Assembly: GCA_047602405.1 (NCBI GenBank)
Contig: JASGHJ010000002.1
Location: 1,952,001 to 2,016,000 of the forward strand
Origin: Anaeromyxobacteraceae bacterium
GTDB taxonomy: Bacteria; Myxococcota; Myxococcia; Myxococcales; Anaeromyxobacteraceae
Reading direction: 5' to 3'
DNA: 64,000 bases
In this document: piece by piece, positions 10,886-23,528 of the stretch
Layout: every line of letters starts with the position of its first letter
How positions within the stretch are numbered: the stretch's first letter is position 1
Notes under the pieces: generated by a model
What the model was told of the DNA's origin: nothing
The model's database searches: none
What the model saw: only the letters and a program-made list of their open reading frames with translations
Made by a program: the position numbers and the translations under genes

Positions 10886-11734
10886 CTAGTGAGGCGTGTT
10901 CCGGATGCCGGGCCGGCGCCGCGACACGATGAACTTGTCGGTGCGGCGGTTGTTGCGGGTCTTGAGGCCCTTGGTCTTCTGGCCCCACGGCGAAACCGGG
11001 TGCGGGTTGCCCTGTCCGGACTTGCCCTCGCCGCCGCCGTGCGGGTGATCGACCGGGTTCATGGCGAGGCCGCGGACGGTCGGGCGGATGCCCTTCCAGC
11101 GGCTCTTGCCGGCCTTGCCGACGCGGACCGACGAGCTCTCGATGTTGCCGAGCTGGCCGACGACCGCGCGGCAGTCGAGCTCCACCTGGCGGACCTCGCC
11201 GGAGGGCATGCGGATCTGGGCGCGGCCGCCCTCCTTCGCCATCAGCTGGCCGAAGGAGCCGGCGGTGCGGATCATCTTGCCGCCCGAGCCCGGCTGCGAC
11301 TCGACGTTGTGGATGACCGTGCCGAGCGGGATGGCCTTGATGGGCAGCGCGTTCCCGGGGCGGATGTCGACCGCCTCGCCGGAGAGCAGCACGTCGCCCA
11401 CCGCCACGCCCACCGGGGCGAGGATGTACCGCTTCTCGCCGTCGGCGTAGTGGAGGAGCGCGATGCGGGCGGTGCGGTTGGGATCGTACTCGATCGCCGC
11501 GACCTTGGCCGGCACGCCGTCCTTGTTGCGCTTCCAGTCGATGAGGCGGTAGCGGCGCTTGTGGCCGCCGCCGATGTGACGGGTGGTGATGTGGCCGTGG
11601 TTGTTGCGGCCGCCCGTCTTCTTCACCGTCTTGGTGAGCGCCTTCTCCGGCTTCGACTTCGTGATCTCGGCGAAGTCCGAGACCGACATGTGCCGGCGGG
11701 CGGGGCTCGTGGGCTTGTAGAGCTTCAGTGCCAT
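10886..11734 (-). CDS. rplB: 50S ribosomal protein L2
   Basis: [27 protein letters not shown]. Confidence 0.98.
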   Translation of the reverse strand: MALKLYKPTSPARRHMSVSDFAEITKSKPEKALTKTVKKTGGRNNHGHITTRHIGGGHKRRYRLIDWKRNKDGVPAKVAAIEYDPNRTARIALLHYADGEKRYILAPVGVAVGDVLLSGEAVDIRPGNALPIKAIPLGTVIHNVESQPGSGGKMIRTAGSFGQLMAKEGGRAQIRMPSGEVRQVELDCRAVVGQLGNIESSSVRVGKAGKSRWKGIRPTVRGLAMNPVDHPHGGGEGKSGQGNPHPVSPWGQKTKGLKTRNNRRTDKFIVSRRRPGIRNTPH

Positions 11735-11743
11735 GGTGGCCTC

Positions 11744-12037
11744 TTACTTCCCCTCGAAGAGGGCGATCGTCTCGCCTTCCTTGAGCGTGACGACGGCCTT
11801 CTTCCAGTTCGAGCGGCGGCCGATGCTCCGGCCCACCCGCTTGGTCTTGCCGCGCGCGATGGCGGTGCGGACGGCGGTGACGTGCACCGCGAACTGCTTC
11901 TCGACCGCCTGCTTGACCATGATCTTGGTGGCCTCGCGGTGCACCTCGAACGCGTACTGCCGGTTCGCGGCGCGGTTCTGCTCGGCCTTCTCGGTGATGA
12001 GCGGACGCTTCACCACGTCCTGGATCCCGACGCTCAT
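11744..12037 (-). CDS. rplW: 50S ribosomal protein L23
   Basis: [16 protein letters not shown]; start overlaps rplD stop (ATGA). Confidence 0.96.
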   Translation of the reverse strand: MSVGIQDVVKRPLITEKAEQNRAANRQYAFEVHREATKIMVKQAVEKQFAVHVTAVRTAIARGKTKRVGRSIGRRSNWKKAVVTLKEGETIALFEGK

Positions 12038-12654
12038 GACAGGCTCGCCTCCAGCTTCTTCGCGGTGTCCTGGGTGAGGACGATCGTGTCGTGGCGGAGG
12101 ATGTCGTAGACGTTCAGCCCCTCGAAGGGCAGGAAGTCGGAGCCCTCGAGGTTGCGCACGCTCTTCGCGAGCGCCGCGTTGGCCTGGCCGTCCACCACGA
12201 GCGCCTTCTTCGCGCCCAGCTTGGCGAGGACCTTCGCCGCCGCGGAGGTCTTCGGGGCCGACGGCTTCCACTCGGTCACGATGACGAGCTTGCCGTCCTT
12301 GCCGCGGAGCGAGAGCGCCGAGCGGAGGGCCGCCTTGCGGACCTTCTTCGGCACCTCGTAGGAGTAGTCGCGGGGCTTCGGGCCCATCGCCTTGCCGCCG
12401 CCCACCCAGAGGGAGGCGCGCGTCGAGCCCTGGCGGGCGCGGCCGGTGCCCTTCTGCTTGAACGGCTTCTTGCCGCCACCGGAGACGAGGGAACGGTTCT
12501 TCACCGCGTGCGTGCCCGAGCGATCGGAGGCGAGCTTCGCCTTCACCACCTCGTAGAAGAGGTGCTCGTTCACGTCGGCGGCGAAGACGGCGTCGGCGAG
12601 GTCGATCTCGCCCACCTTCTTCTTCTCGAGGTCGTAGACGTCGAACTTGGCCAT
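12034..12654 (-). CDS. rplD: 50S ribosomal protein L4
   Basis: [28 protein letters not shown]. Confidence 0.97.
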   Translation of the reverse strand: MAKFDVYDLEKKKVGEIDLADAVFAADVNEHLFYEVVKAKLASDRSGTHAVKNRSLVSGGGKKPFKQKGTGRARQGSTRASLWVGGGKAMGPKPRDYSYEVPKKVRKAALRSALSLRGKDGKLVIVTEWKPSAPKTSAAAKVLAKLGAKKALVVDGQANAALAKSVRNLEGSDFLPFEGLNVYDILRHDTIVLTQDTAKKLEASLS

Positions 12655-12665
12655 GGTCGCCTCGA

Positions 12666-12971
<306 letters not shown>

Positions 12972-13055
12972 CGGAACGCCTTTTGGTCCAGTCACGCGGC
13001 GCGGCGCGGGCCCGATGCTCCGGAATCCCGCCGTTCGCCGGCGTGAACTACCTGA

Positions 13056-14246
<1,191 letters not shown>

Positions 14247-14276
14247 GACGTCCTCTCCTCGCTCGGTGCTGCGGGC

Positions 14277-16367
14277 CTACCTGCTGGGCGCGGTGCCCTT
14301 CGCCTTGGCGACGACGGTCTCCGCGATGTTGTTGGGAACCTGCGCGTAGTGCGCGAACTGCATCGTGTAGGTTGCGCGCCCCTGGGTCTTGGAGCGCAGG
14401 TCGGTCGAGTAGCCGAACATGTCCGCCAGCGGCACGTGGGCCTCGATGACCTGCACACCCGAGCGCGGGTTCATCGCATGAATCTTGCCGCGACGCGAGT
14501 TCAGATCGCCGATCACGTCGCCCATGTACTCCTCGGGCGTCACGACCTCGACGTCCATGATCGGCTCGAGGAGGACCGGGTTCGCCTTGTGGGCGCCGTC
14601 CTTGAAGCCCATCGAGCCCGCGATCTTGAACGCCATCTCGGACGAGTCGACGTCGTGGTAGCTGCCGTCGAAGACCTCGACCTTGAGGTCGACCATCGGG
14701 AAGCCGGCGAGCACGCCGCTCGTCATGGCCTCCTCGATGCCCTTCTGGATCGGGTTGATGAACTCCTTGGGGATCGAGCCGCCCACGGTGGCGTTGACGA
14801 ACTCGAAGCCCTTGCCCGGCTCCTGGGGGATGAGGCGCACCCAGCAGTGGCCGTACTGGCCGCGCCCGCCGGTCTGGCGGACGAACTTGCCCTCCGACTC
14901 GACCTGCTTCGTGATGGTCTCGCGGTAGGCGACCTGGGGCTTGCCGACGTTCGCCTCGACCTTGAACTCGCGGAACATGCGGTCCACGAGGATCTCGAGG
15001 TGGAGCTCGCCCATGCCGCCGATGATGGTCTGGCCGGTCTCCTCGTCCGTGTGGACGCGGAAGGACGGGTCCTCCATCTGGAGGCGGTTGAGCGCCATGC
15101 CCATCTTGTCCTGGTCGGCCTTGGTCTTCGGCTCGACCGCGACGTGGATGACGGGCTCGGGGAACTCCATCCGCTCGAGGATGACGGCGTGGTCCTCGTC
15201 GCAGAGCGTGTCGCCCGTGGTCGTGGACCGGAGGCCGACCGCCGCGGCGATGTCGCCGGCGTAGACCTCCTTGATCTCCTCGCGCTTGTTGGCGTGCATC
15301 TGGAGGATGCGGCCGATGCGCTCCTTCTTGTCCTTCGTCGCGTTGTAGAGGTACGAGCCGGCCTCGAGCTTGCCGGAGTACACGCGGAAGAAGGTGAGGT
15401 TCCCGACGAACGGGTCGTTCATGATCTTGAACGCCAGCGCCGAGAACGGCTCCTTGTCGCCCGTCTTGCGGGTGAGCGTCTCGCCCTTCGCGTTGACGCC
15501 CTGGACCGGCGGCTTGTCGAGCGGGCTCGGGAGGTAGTCCACCACGGCGTCGAGGATCTGCTGGACGCCCTTGTTCTTGAACGCGGTGCCGCAGAGCACC
15601 GGGAAGAACTTCATCTCGAGGGTGCCCTTGCGGATCCCGGCGGCGACCTCGTCCTGGGTCAGCGGGCGGCCGTCGAGGTACTTGTGCATCAGGGCGTCGT
15701 CGATCTCGGAGACGGTCTCCTCGAGCTTCGCGCGGTACTCCCTCGCCTGCTCGAGGAGCTCCGCGGGGATTCCGCTCTCCTGGTACTTCGCGCCCATCGT
15801 CTCGTCGTCGAAGGTGACGGCCTTCATCTTGACGAGGTCGACCATGCCGCGGAACTTGTCCTCGGCGCCGATCGGGAGCTGGAGGGGCAGCGGCCGCGCG
15901 CCGAGCTTCCCCTGGATCGTGTCGACCGACATGAAGAAGTCGGCGCCGACGCGGTCCATCTTGTTGATGAAGCAGATGCGCGGGACCTTGTACTTGTCGG
16001 CCTGCCGCCAGACCGTCTCGGACTGCGGCTCGACGCCGTTCACCGCGTCGAACACCGCGCACGCGCCGTCGAGCACGCGCAGCGACCGCTCCACCTCGAT
16101 GGTGAAGTCGACGTGCCCGGGGGTGTCGATGATGTTCAGCCGGTGATCGCGCCAGAAGGCGGTGGTCGCAGCGGACGTGATCGTGATGCCACGCTCACGC
16201 TCCTGCTCCATCCAGTCCATGACGGTGGTGCCCTCATGGACCTCGCCGATCTTGTGGGTGACGCCGGTGTAGAAGAGGATCCGCTCGGTGGTCGTGGTCT
16301 TGCCGGCATCGATGTGCGCCATGATGCCGAAGTTCCGGTAGCGCTCGAGCGGACTGTTGCGTGCCAT
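14277..16367 (-). CDS. fusA: Elongation factor G
   Basis: [38 protein letters not shown] before ATG 16367. Confidence 0.98.
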   Translation of the reverse strand: MARNSPLERYRNFGIMAHIDAGKTTTTERILFYTGVTHKIGEVHEGTTVMDWMEQERERGITITSAATTAFWRDHRLNIIDTPGHVDFTIEVERSLRVLDGACAVFDAVNGVEPQSETVWRQADKYKVPRICFINKMDRVGADFFMSVDTIQGKLGARPLPLQLPIGAEDKFRGMVDLVKMKAVTFDDETMGAKYQESGIPAELLEQAREYRAKLEETVSEIDDALMHKYLDGRPLTQDEVAAGIRKGTLEMKFFPVLCGTAFKNKGVQQILDAVVDYLPSPLDKPPVQGVNAKGETLTRKTGDKEPFSALAFKIMNDPFVGNLTFFRVYSGKLEAGSYLYNATKDKKERIGRILQMHANKREEIKEVYAGDIAAAVGLRSTTTGDTLCDEDHAVILERMEFPEPVIHVAVEPKTKADQDKMGMALNRLQMEDPSFRVHTDEETGQTIIGGMGELHLEILVDRMFREFKVEANVGKPQVAYRETITKQVESEGKFVRQTGGRGQYGHCWVRLIPQEPGKGFEFVNATVGGSIPKEFINPIQKGIEEAMTSGVLAGFPMVDLKVEVFDGSYHDVDSSEMAFKIAGSMGFKDGAHKANPVLLEPIMDVEVVTPEEYMGDVIGDLNSRRGKIHAMNPRSGVQVIEAHVPLADMFGYSTDLRSKTQGRATYTMQFAHYAQVPNNIAETVVAKAKGTAPSR

Positions 16368-16533
16368 GTTCGCTGCCTCCGTGCGTTCTCGAGCCCGTCG
16401 CCGAACGGCGGCGACGCCGAAACCAACCACCACCGAGCTGTCAAAGAGCCGACGGGATCTTCCCGATCCCTGCCGTCCTAGACGGCGACTGCGCTCTCGA
16501 ACCTTCCCTCTTCTCCCGTGTACCGCCTGGAGA

Positions 16534-17004
16534 CTACCAGCGGTAGTGCGCGAAGGCCTTGTTGGCCTCCGCCATCTTGTGCGTGTCCTCGCGCTTCTTC
16601 ACCGCGTTGCCGCGGTTGTTGGCGGCGTCGATGATCTCGCCGGCCAGCTTCTCCTGCATCGTCTTCTCGCCGCGGCCCTTCGAGTAGTCGATGAGCCAGC
16701 GCATCGCGAGCGCGGTGCGGCGGTCCTGACGGACCTCGACCGGCACCTGGTACGTCGCGCCGCCGACGCGGCGGGACTTCACCTCGACGACCGGCTTCAC
16801 GTTGTCGAGGGCCTTCTTGAAGATCTTGAGCGGGTCGTCCTTGAGCTTCTGCTCCACCTGATCGAACGCGCCGTAGATGATGCGCTCGCCCGTCGACTTC
16901 TTGCCCTTGCGCATCAGGTTGTTGACGAACTTGGCGACGATCCGGTCCTGGAACTTGGGGTCCGGGAGGATCTTGCGCTTCTCGACTTCGCGGCGACGAG
17001 GCAT
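16534..17004 (-). CDS. rpsG: 30S ribosomal protein S7
   Basis: [27 protein letters not shown]. Confidence 0.98.
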   Translation of the reverse strand: MPRRREVEKRKILPDPKFQDRIVAKFVNNLMRKGKKSTGERIIYGAFDQVEQKLKDDPLKIFKKALDNVKPVVEVKSRRVGGATYQVPVEVRQDRRTALAMRWLIDYSKGRGEKTMQEKLAGEIIDAANNRGNAVKKREDTHKMAEANKAFAHYRW

Positions 17005-17032
17005 CGGAGTGGATATCCCTGAGAAGGAAAAA

Positions 17033-17404
17033 TTAGCTCGGGCGCTTCGCGCCGTACTTGGAGCGGCTCTGCTTCCGGCCCTGGACGCCGACGGCGTCGA
17101 GCGTGCCGCGGATGATGTGGTAGCGCACGCCCGGGAGATCCTTCACGCGGCCGCCGCGGATGAGCACCACCGAGTGCTCCTGCAGGTTGTGGCCGACGCC
17201 GGGGATGTAGCTCGTGACCTCGAAGCCGTTGACGAGGCGGACGCGGGCGACCTTGCGGAGGGCCGAGTTCGGCTTCTTCGGGGTCGTCGTGTAGACGCGC
17301 GTGCAGACGCCGCGCTTCTGCGGCGACTCCTTGAGCGCCGGCGCCTTCTTCTTGATCTCGAGCTTCTCGCGCCCGTTGCGAACCAGCTGGCTGATCGTCG
17401 GCAT
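17033..17404 (-). CDS. rpsL: 30S ribosomal protein S12
   Basis: [26 protein letters not shown]. Confidence 0.99.
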   Translation of the reverse strand: MPTISQLVRNGREKLEIKKKAPALKESPQKRGVCTRVYTTTPKKPNSALRKVARVRLVNGFEVTSYIPGVGHNLQEHSVVLIRGGRVKDLPGVRYHIIRGTLDAVGVQGRKQSRSKYGAKRPS

Positions 17405-17518
17405 CGGCTCTCTGTTCCTGCCCTGTCTCTGTTTCGCAGTCTCTGCTGCGAATCCCCAAGAAAATCGCCCCGGGAACTGCGACGCGGGGCGAGGACAACC
17501 CGTCGTGGAGGGCGCGGT

Positions 17519-18679
<1,161 letters not shown>

Positions 18680-18721
18680 GCCCCCGACTGTAGACGACCG
18701 GGCGCGGATCGCGAACGGCCC

Positions 18722-19720
18722 TCAGGCGCTGCCCGCCCGCCCGTCCCGGTCCTCGAGGTGCAGCGCGAGCCGGCAGGACGCGCAGGTGGGCTCGCCGCGC
18801 CGGTTGCCGGTCGCGGGGCGGCCGCAGCCGCACCGGGCGAGGTGCCCGGAGACAAACGCCGCGAGCTCCGTCGCGAGCGCGGGGTCTCGCAGGATCCGCC
18901 GGTGGCCCAGGCCTTCCGTGCGCCTGAGGCGCGCCCCCGGCCAGGCCGCGGCGATGGCCTCGGCCTCGCGGTACGGCACCTCCCGGTCGTCGGCGTCGTG
19001 GACGACGAGCCCGGGCACCCGGACGGTCGGGAGCAGCGCTCCCGCGTCGAGCGACGCCATCGAGACGCCCACCCGGGCCTCGAGCCCGCGCCGGATCCGG
19101 TCGCCCGCCTCCGGCGGCAGGCCGAACGCCCGCGCGAACGCGCCGAAGAAGCCGAACGGGCTCGACGGGGCGCCGACGGTGACCGCCGCGTCGAGCGCGA
19201 CGAGCCGCCGCGAGAGCGCGATCCCCAGCGCGGCGCCGCCGAACGAGTGGCCGATGGCGGCGCGGGCGCCGACGTGGCGGGCGACCGCGGCGAGCGCGTC
19301 CGCCATGCGCAGGAGGTTCGTGGTGCCGCCGCCGGAGCGGCCGTGCGCCGGGCCGTCGAAGATCGCGACCGCGAGCCCCGCCTCGAGGAGCGCGCGCCCG
19401 AGCGGCGCGAGCTGGGTGCCGCGCCCGCCCCACCCGTGGACGAGGAGCACCGCCGGCCCCTCCCCCGCGGCCTCGCCGTGCACGGTGACCCCCGCGGCGC
19501 GGAGCGCGAACGGGCGCCCGCCGGGGAGCGCCGGACCGGGCCGCCCGGGCCCGGTGGGCGGCGGCGTGAAGAAGAGCCGGGCCGCGAGCCGGTCGCCGAG
19601 CGGGGGCGCCACCGCGTAGAGCGCCCGCACGCCGGTGCGCAGGAGCGCGGGCGGCTTGACCTCGGCGCGGACTTCAGAACGACCGTTCGTGCTATTATTC
19701 GACGAAAACGCGGCAACCAT
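18722..19720 (-). CDS. Alpha/beta hydrolase with C-terminal Cys motif
   Basis: LVHGWGG, nucleophile GHSFGG, HDADDREV, GLGH; C-terminal CGC...CASC. Confidence 0.85.
   Translation of the reverse strand: MVAAFSSNNSTNGRSEVRAEVKPPALLRTGVRALYAVAPPLGDRLAARLFFTPPPTGPGRPGPALPGGRPFALRAAGVTVHGEAAGEGPAVLLVHGWGGRGTQLAPLGRALLEAGLAVAIFDGPAHGRSGGGTTNLLRMADALAAVARHVGARAAIGHSFGGAALGIALSRRLVALDAAVTVGAPSSPFGFFGAFARAFGLPPEAGDRIRRGLEARVGVSMASLDAGALLPTVRVPGLVVHDADDREVPYREAEAIAAAWPGARLRRTEGLGHRRILRDPALATELAAFVSGHLARCGCGRPATGNRRGEPTCASCRLALHLEDRDGRAGSA
19676..19696. promoter_or_regulatory. Second copy of putative TetR operator, inside the hydrolase 5' coding region
   Basis: Minus strand AATAGCACGAACGGTCGTTCT matches 20348-20368 at 18/21 positions. 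Confidence 0.6.
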
Positions 19721-19741
19721 GGGCGCTTCTCCTTCCGGGGG

Positions 19742-20338
19742 TCAGCTCTGGGCGCGCAGCCCTTCGATGAGGCGGTCGACGGCGGCGAGGGCCTTCTCGT
19801 CCGCGCGCGGGTCGCGCAGGAGGCGGGAGGCGAGGTTCCACGTGAGGCTGATGCCGACGAACTCGAACGCGGCCTGATCGGCGTCGGCCCCGGCGCGGAA
19901 GGCGCCGGCCTTCTGCCCGCTCCGCACGACGCGTGCGATCGTGTCGTACCAGGCCTGCTGGTGGACGGCGAGCCGCTCGCGGGCGAGGCCCGGGCGGTCG
20001 TCGAGCTCGGCCGAGGCCGCCATGAAGATGCAGCCGCCGGGCTGCTTCACCTTGCGCGGCCAGACCATGCCGAGCTCGAAGAGCCGCCGCAGCCGGGCCG
20101 CGCCGGCGGGCTCCTCGAGCGCGGGGCGCACGACGACCTCGGTGAAGCGCTCGGCCGCGTGGTCGAGCATCTGCGCCTGGAGGTCCTCCTTCGAGTCGAA
20201 GTGAGCGAAGAGTCCGCTCTTCGAGAGCTCGAGGTCCTCGGCCAGCCTGCCGAGCGAGAGCCCGTCGAGGCCGAGCTCGGAGGCGAGCCGGAGCGCGCCG
20301 TCCAGGATCAGCTCCTTCGTCCGCTCGCCCTTCTTCAT
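19742..20338 (-). CDS. TetR/AcrR-family transcriptional regulator
   Basis: HTH LSLGRLAEDLELSKSGLFAHFDSKEDL; GGCIF C-terminal motif. Confidence 0.93.
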   Translation of the reverse strand: MKKGERTKELILDGALRLASELGLDGLSLGRLAEDLELSKSGLFAHFDSKEDLQAQMLDHAAERFTEVVVRPALEEPAGAARLRRLFELGMVWPRKVKQPGGCIFMAASAELDDRPGLARERLAVHQQAWYDTIARVVRSGQKAGAFRAGADADQAAFEFVGISLTWNLASRLLRDPRADEKALAAVDRLIEGLRAQS

Positions 20339-20347
20339 GCCGCTCAA

Positions 20348-20368
20348 AATAGAACGACCGGTCGTTCC
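20348..20368. promoter_or_regulatory. Putative TetR operator palindrome
   Basis: Perfect 16-bp palindrome GAACGACCGGTCGTTC (20352-20367) just upstream of the tetR start. Confidence 0.7.
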
Positions 20369-20480
20369 TGGGAAGGCCCCGGCCAGGACCCGTCACGGTC
20401 GACCGCCACAGGGTCGCGGATGCGGCGAGGCCCCTGCCCTCGCGGGCAGAGGCCTCGAACTCACCTGCACTTCCCGGTGG

Positions 20481-21086
20481 TTACGCGACCCGGCCCTCGA
20501 CGGCGGCCCAGTCGACGTTCTTGAAGAACGCGTCGACGTACTTGGCGCGCTCGGTGGCGAGGTAGTCCCGCATGAAGGCGTGCTCCCAGCCGTCCATCAC
20601 CAGCACCGGCTTGAAGCCGGCGACGAGGTTGTCCTGGTGCAGCTGGACGAAGTGGTTCGAGAGCCAGCCGGTCTTCGGGTCCTGGAACGTGAAGGCCCAG
20701 CCGATGCCCGGCATCGTCGCGACGGCGCGGAAGTCGGCGAGCCAGTTCGCGTACGAGCCGAACGACGCCTCGACGGCCTTCTTGAACTTCGAGCCCGCGG
20801 CCGGCTCCGCCTGCGCGCCGGCCGTGAGGTTCTCGAAGTAGTACTCGTGGTTCACCATGCCGCCGTACTCGAAGCCGAGGCGGCGGGTGAGCTCCGCGTA
20901 GACCGGGTCGGCGCCGGACGCCTTGCCCTCGCCGCAGATCGCGAAGAGCTTCTCGGTGAGCGTGTTGCAGCGCTTCACGTAGCCCTCGTAGAGCTTCAGG
21001 TGCTCCTCGACCTGCTTGTCCGAGATGCCCGCGAGGCCGCGGACCTTCGAGTAGTCCTTGGGCGCGTACTTCTTGGCGTCTGCCAT
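20481..21086 (-). CDS. Fe/Mn superoxide dismutase family protein
   Basis: Metal ligands EEH..LYEGYV, NHEYYF, DGWEHAF. Confidence 0.88.
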   Translation of the reverse strand: MADAKKYAPKDYSKVRGLAGISDKQVEEHLKLYEGYVKRCNTLTEKLFAICGEGKASGADPVYAELTRRLGFEYGGMVNHEYYFENLTAGAQAEPAAGSKFKKAVEASFGSYANWLADFRAVATMPGIGWAFTFQDPKTGWLSNHFVQLHQDNLVAGFKPVLVMDGWEHAFMRDYLATERAKYVDAFFKNVDWAAVEGRVA

Positions 21087-21201
21087 GGGGTCGCTCCGTG
21101 TTCGGGGTTGGGGAATCGTCCACCCGCGAGGTAGCGGCGGCGACACGAGGTGTCAAGGCGCCGGAAGGGCCGATTTCCCCGCGGGGTGCGGCGGGATTGC
21201 T

Positions 21202-22464
21202 TCACGAAGAGGAAACGCCCCCGCGGCGCGACGCCGCGGGTGAGACCGCGAGCGCGAGCGCCGCCACCCCGGCGAACGCCGCGCACGCGCCGAGCGCCAC
21301 CGCGGGCCCTCGGGCGTCCCACAGCCACCCGGTGAGCAGCCCTGCGGGCAGCGCCACCGCGCCGGTGACCCCGTGGTACCACCCGAACGCGCGCCCTCGC
21401 TCACCCCTCGGAGCCAGATCCGCCACGAGCGCCCGCTCCGCGCCCTCCGCGAGCCCGTGGTAGAGGGCGTACCCGCCGAAGAGGGCCGCCACCTGCCAGG
21501 GCGCGTCCGAGAGCGCGAAGCCCAGATAGGCGAGCGCGTACGCCCCCCACCCCGCCGCCACCACCCACCGCCGCGGCACGCGGTCGGAGAGCGCCCCTCC
21601 GGGCAGCCCCGCGAACGTCTTCACGACGTGGTGCCCGAACCAGAGCAGCGGCACCGCGCTCGCCGAGAACCCGACCTCCCGCGCCTTGAGCAGGAGGAAC
21701 GCGTCCGTCGAGTTCCCCAGCGCGAAGACGGCAGCCAGGATCAGGTACCGGTGCAGGAACGGGTTCAGGTTCGGGTTCGGGTCCAGCTCTTGCTGCACCT
21801 GCAGCTTCGGCTGCACCTGCAGCTTCGGCTTCAGCTTCAGCTGCTCCCGCTCCTGAACCTGCACCCGATCCTGATCCTGCTCCTGCTCCTTGTCTTCCCC
21901 CTCCCTCAGCCGCGCCACCAGCACCAGCGGCGCCAGCACCCCCAACCCCGCCGCGATCGCGAACGTCACCCTCAACGACACCCCGGCCGCCAGCAACCCG
22001 GCCGCGCCGAGCGGCCCCACCGCCGCCCCCAGGTGATCCATCGACCGCTGCAGCCCGAACGCCCTCCCCCGCTCCGCGTCGGGAACCGCGTCCGCGAGCA
22101 GCGCGTCCCGGGGCCCCGACCGGATCCCCTTCCCCGCCCGGTCCACGAGCCGCGCCAGGAGCACCTGCCAGGGCCACGCGGCCACCGCGATCCCCGCCCG
22201 CGCGAGCGCCGGCAGCCCGTACCCCCCGATCACGAGCGCGCGCCGCGGCCCCCGGTCCGACCACCGCCCCGCGGCCACCTTCACGGCGGCCCCGACCGCC
22301 TCCGCCGCGCCCTCCACGAGCCCGAGCGTCCGCGCGCCACCGCCCGGCAGCGACGCGAGGAACAGCGGCAGGAGCGGGAAGATCGCCTCGGACGAGACGT
22401 CGTTGAACAGGCTCGCGAGCCCGAGCAGCCAGACGGTGGGTGAAAAGGCGCGGAGTGCCCGCAC
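21202..22464 (-). CDS. MFS transporter with low-complexity insertion in the central loop
   Basis: SLFNDVSSE, GRWSDRG motif A, DRAGKGIRSGPRDALLAD; two hydrophobic halves. Confidence 0.9.
   Translation of the reverse strand: MRALRAFSPTVWLLGLASLFNDVSSEAIFPLLPLFLASLPGGGARTLGLVEGAAEAVGAAVKVAAGRWSDRGPRRALVIGGYGLPALARAGIAVAAWPWQVLLARLVDRAGKGIRSGPRDALLADAVPDAERGRAFGLQRSMDHLGAAVGPLGAAGLLAAGVSLRVTFAIAAGLGVLAPLVLVARLREGEDKEQEQDQDRVQVQEREQLKLKPKLQVQPKLQVQQELDPNPNLNPFLHRYLILAAVFALGNSTDAFLLLKAREVGFSASAVPLLWFGHHVVKTFAGLPGGALSDRVPRRWVVAAGWGAYALAYLGFALSDAPWQVAALFGGYALYHGLAEGAERALVADLAPRGERGRAFGWYHGVTGAVALPAGLLTGWLWDARGPAVALGACAAFAGVAALALAVSPAASRRGGVSSS
21760..21900. repeat. Hexamer-periodic, partly palindromic in-frame repeat
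   Basis: 6-nt periodic tract; exact 18-nt tandem duplication at 21792-21827; inverted arms 21760-21775 and 21852-21867 (14/16). Confidence 0.7.
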
Positions 22465-22529
22465 GCTGCCTCCGGGAGGTCCTCGGTGCGCCCCGAGCCT
22501 ACCAGGGACCCGTGCTAAGGTCCGCGCCC

Positions 22530-23528
22530 GTGCCCACCGCCCGCCGCCGCCCCGGACTCCTCGCGCGCGCCCTCCTGGGCGTGGCGACCGCAGCCGCGCT
22601 CGCCGCGGGCGCGGCCGGCGTCCTCTGGATGGCGCTGCCGGATCCCTCGCCGCTCGCGAGGCACGACCCCGACACGACCGCGCTCATCGAGCAGCGGAAG
22701 GCCGAGGCGAAGCAGAAGAAGCGCCCGTTCCGGGTCCGGCGCACGGTCGTCCCGCTCGAGCGCGTGCCCCCGCACCTCGTCCAGGCGCTCGTCCTCTCCG
22801 AGGACGCGAACTTCTGGACCCACGGCGGCGTCGACCTCCTCGCGATCCAGGAGGCGGCGCAGCACGACCTCAGGAAGGGCCGCTTCGCGCGCGGCGCCTC
22901 GACCCTCACGCAGCAGCTCGCGAAGAACCTCTGGTACGGCACCGAGAAGAGCCTGGGCCGCAAGGCCAAGGAGGCCGTGCTCGCGTGGAAGCTCGAGCGC
23001 GCCCTCTCGAAGAAGCGGATCCTCGCGCTCTACCTCAACGCCGTGGAGTTCGGCGACGGCGTCTTCGGCATCGAGGCGGGCGCGCGCCACCGGTTCGGCG
23101 TCGGCACCCGCGACCTCTCGCCCGCGCAGGCCGTCGTGATGGTCGCGATGCTGCCCGCGCCGCTCCGGGTCGACCTCGCGCACCCGTCCACCTGGCTGCA
23201 GCGGCGGTCGCGCCGGCTCCTCGACCTCATGAAGGTCACCGGGCGCCTCGACGCCGTGAGCTACCGCGTCTCCGCGACCGAGCTCGATTGCATCCTCGCC
23301 GGCCCGCGGCCGGACGACGACCGCGAGGAGCCGCCCGAGGAGGCGCCGCCCGATCTCCCCGTACCGGCGATCGATCCTGCTGCCGGGGTGGGGACCCGCG
23401 GAGCTCCGCTCCGCGGGGAGGGGGCTGCAGAAGCCCCCTCCGAGGATCAGGGCGCGGCCGGCACCGCCGGGCAGGCGGACGCGGCGCCCAGCGAGCAGGG
23501 CGGGCTGGGCTCCGTCTCGCACGAGTAG
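22530..23528 (+). CDS. mtgA: Monofunctional peptidoglycan transglycosylase
   Basis: GT51 motifs EDANFWTHGGVD, GASTLTQQLAKNL, RKAKE, KKRILALYLN; N-terminal TM; start approximate. Confidence 0.88.
   Translation: MPTARRRPGLLARALLGVATAAALAAGAAGVLWMALPDPSPLARHDPDTTALIEQRKAEAKQKKRPFRVRRTVVPLERVPPHLVQALVLSEDANFWTHGGVDLLAIQEAAQHDLRKGRFARGASTLTQQLAKNLWYGTEKSLGRKAKEAVLAWKLERALSKKRILALYLNAVEFGDGVFGIEAGARHRFGVGTRDLSPAQAVVMVAMLPAPLRVDLAHPSTWLQRRSRRLLDLMKVTGRLDAVSYRVSATELDCILAGPRPDDDREEPPEEAPPDLPVPAIDPAAGVGTRGAPLRGEGAAEAPSEDQGAAGTAGQADAAPSEQGGLGSVSHE

Noticed and set aside
17033..17404. Streptomycin-resistance substitutions in S12
   Set aside because: The PKKPNS and RVKDLP motifs are wild-type
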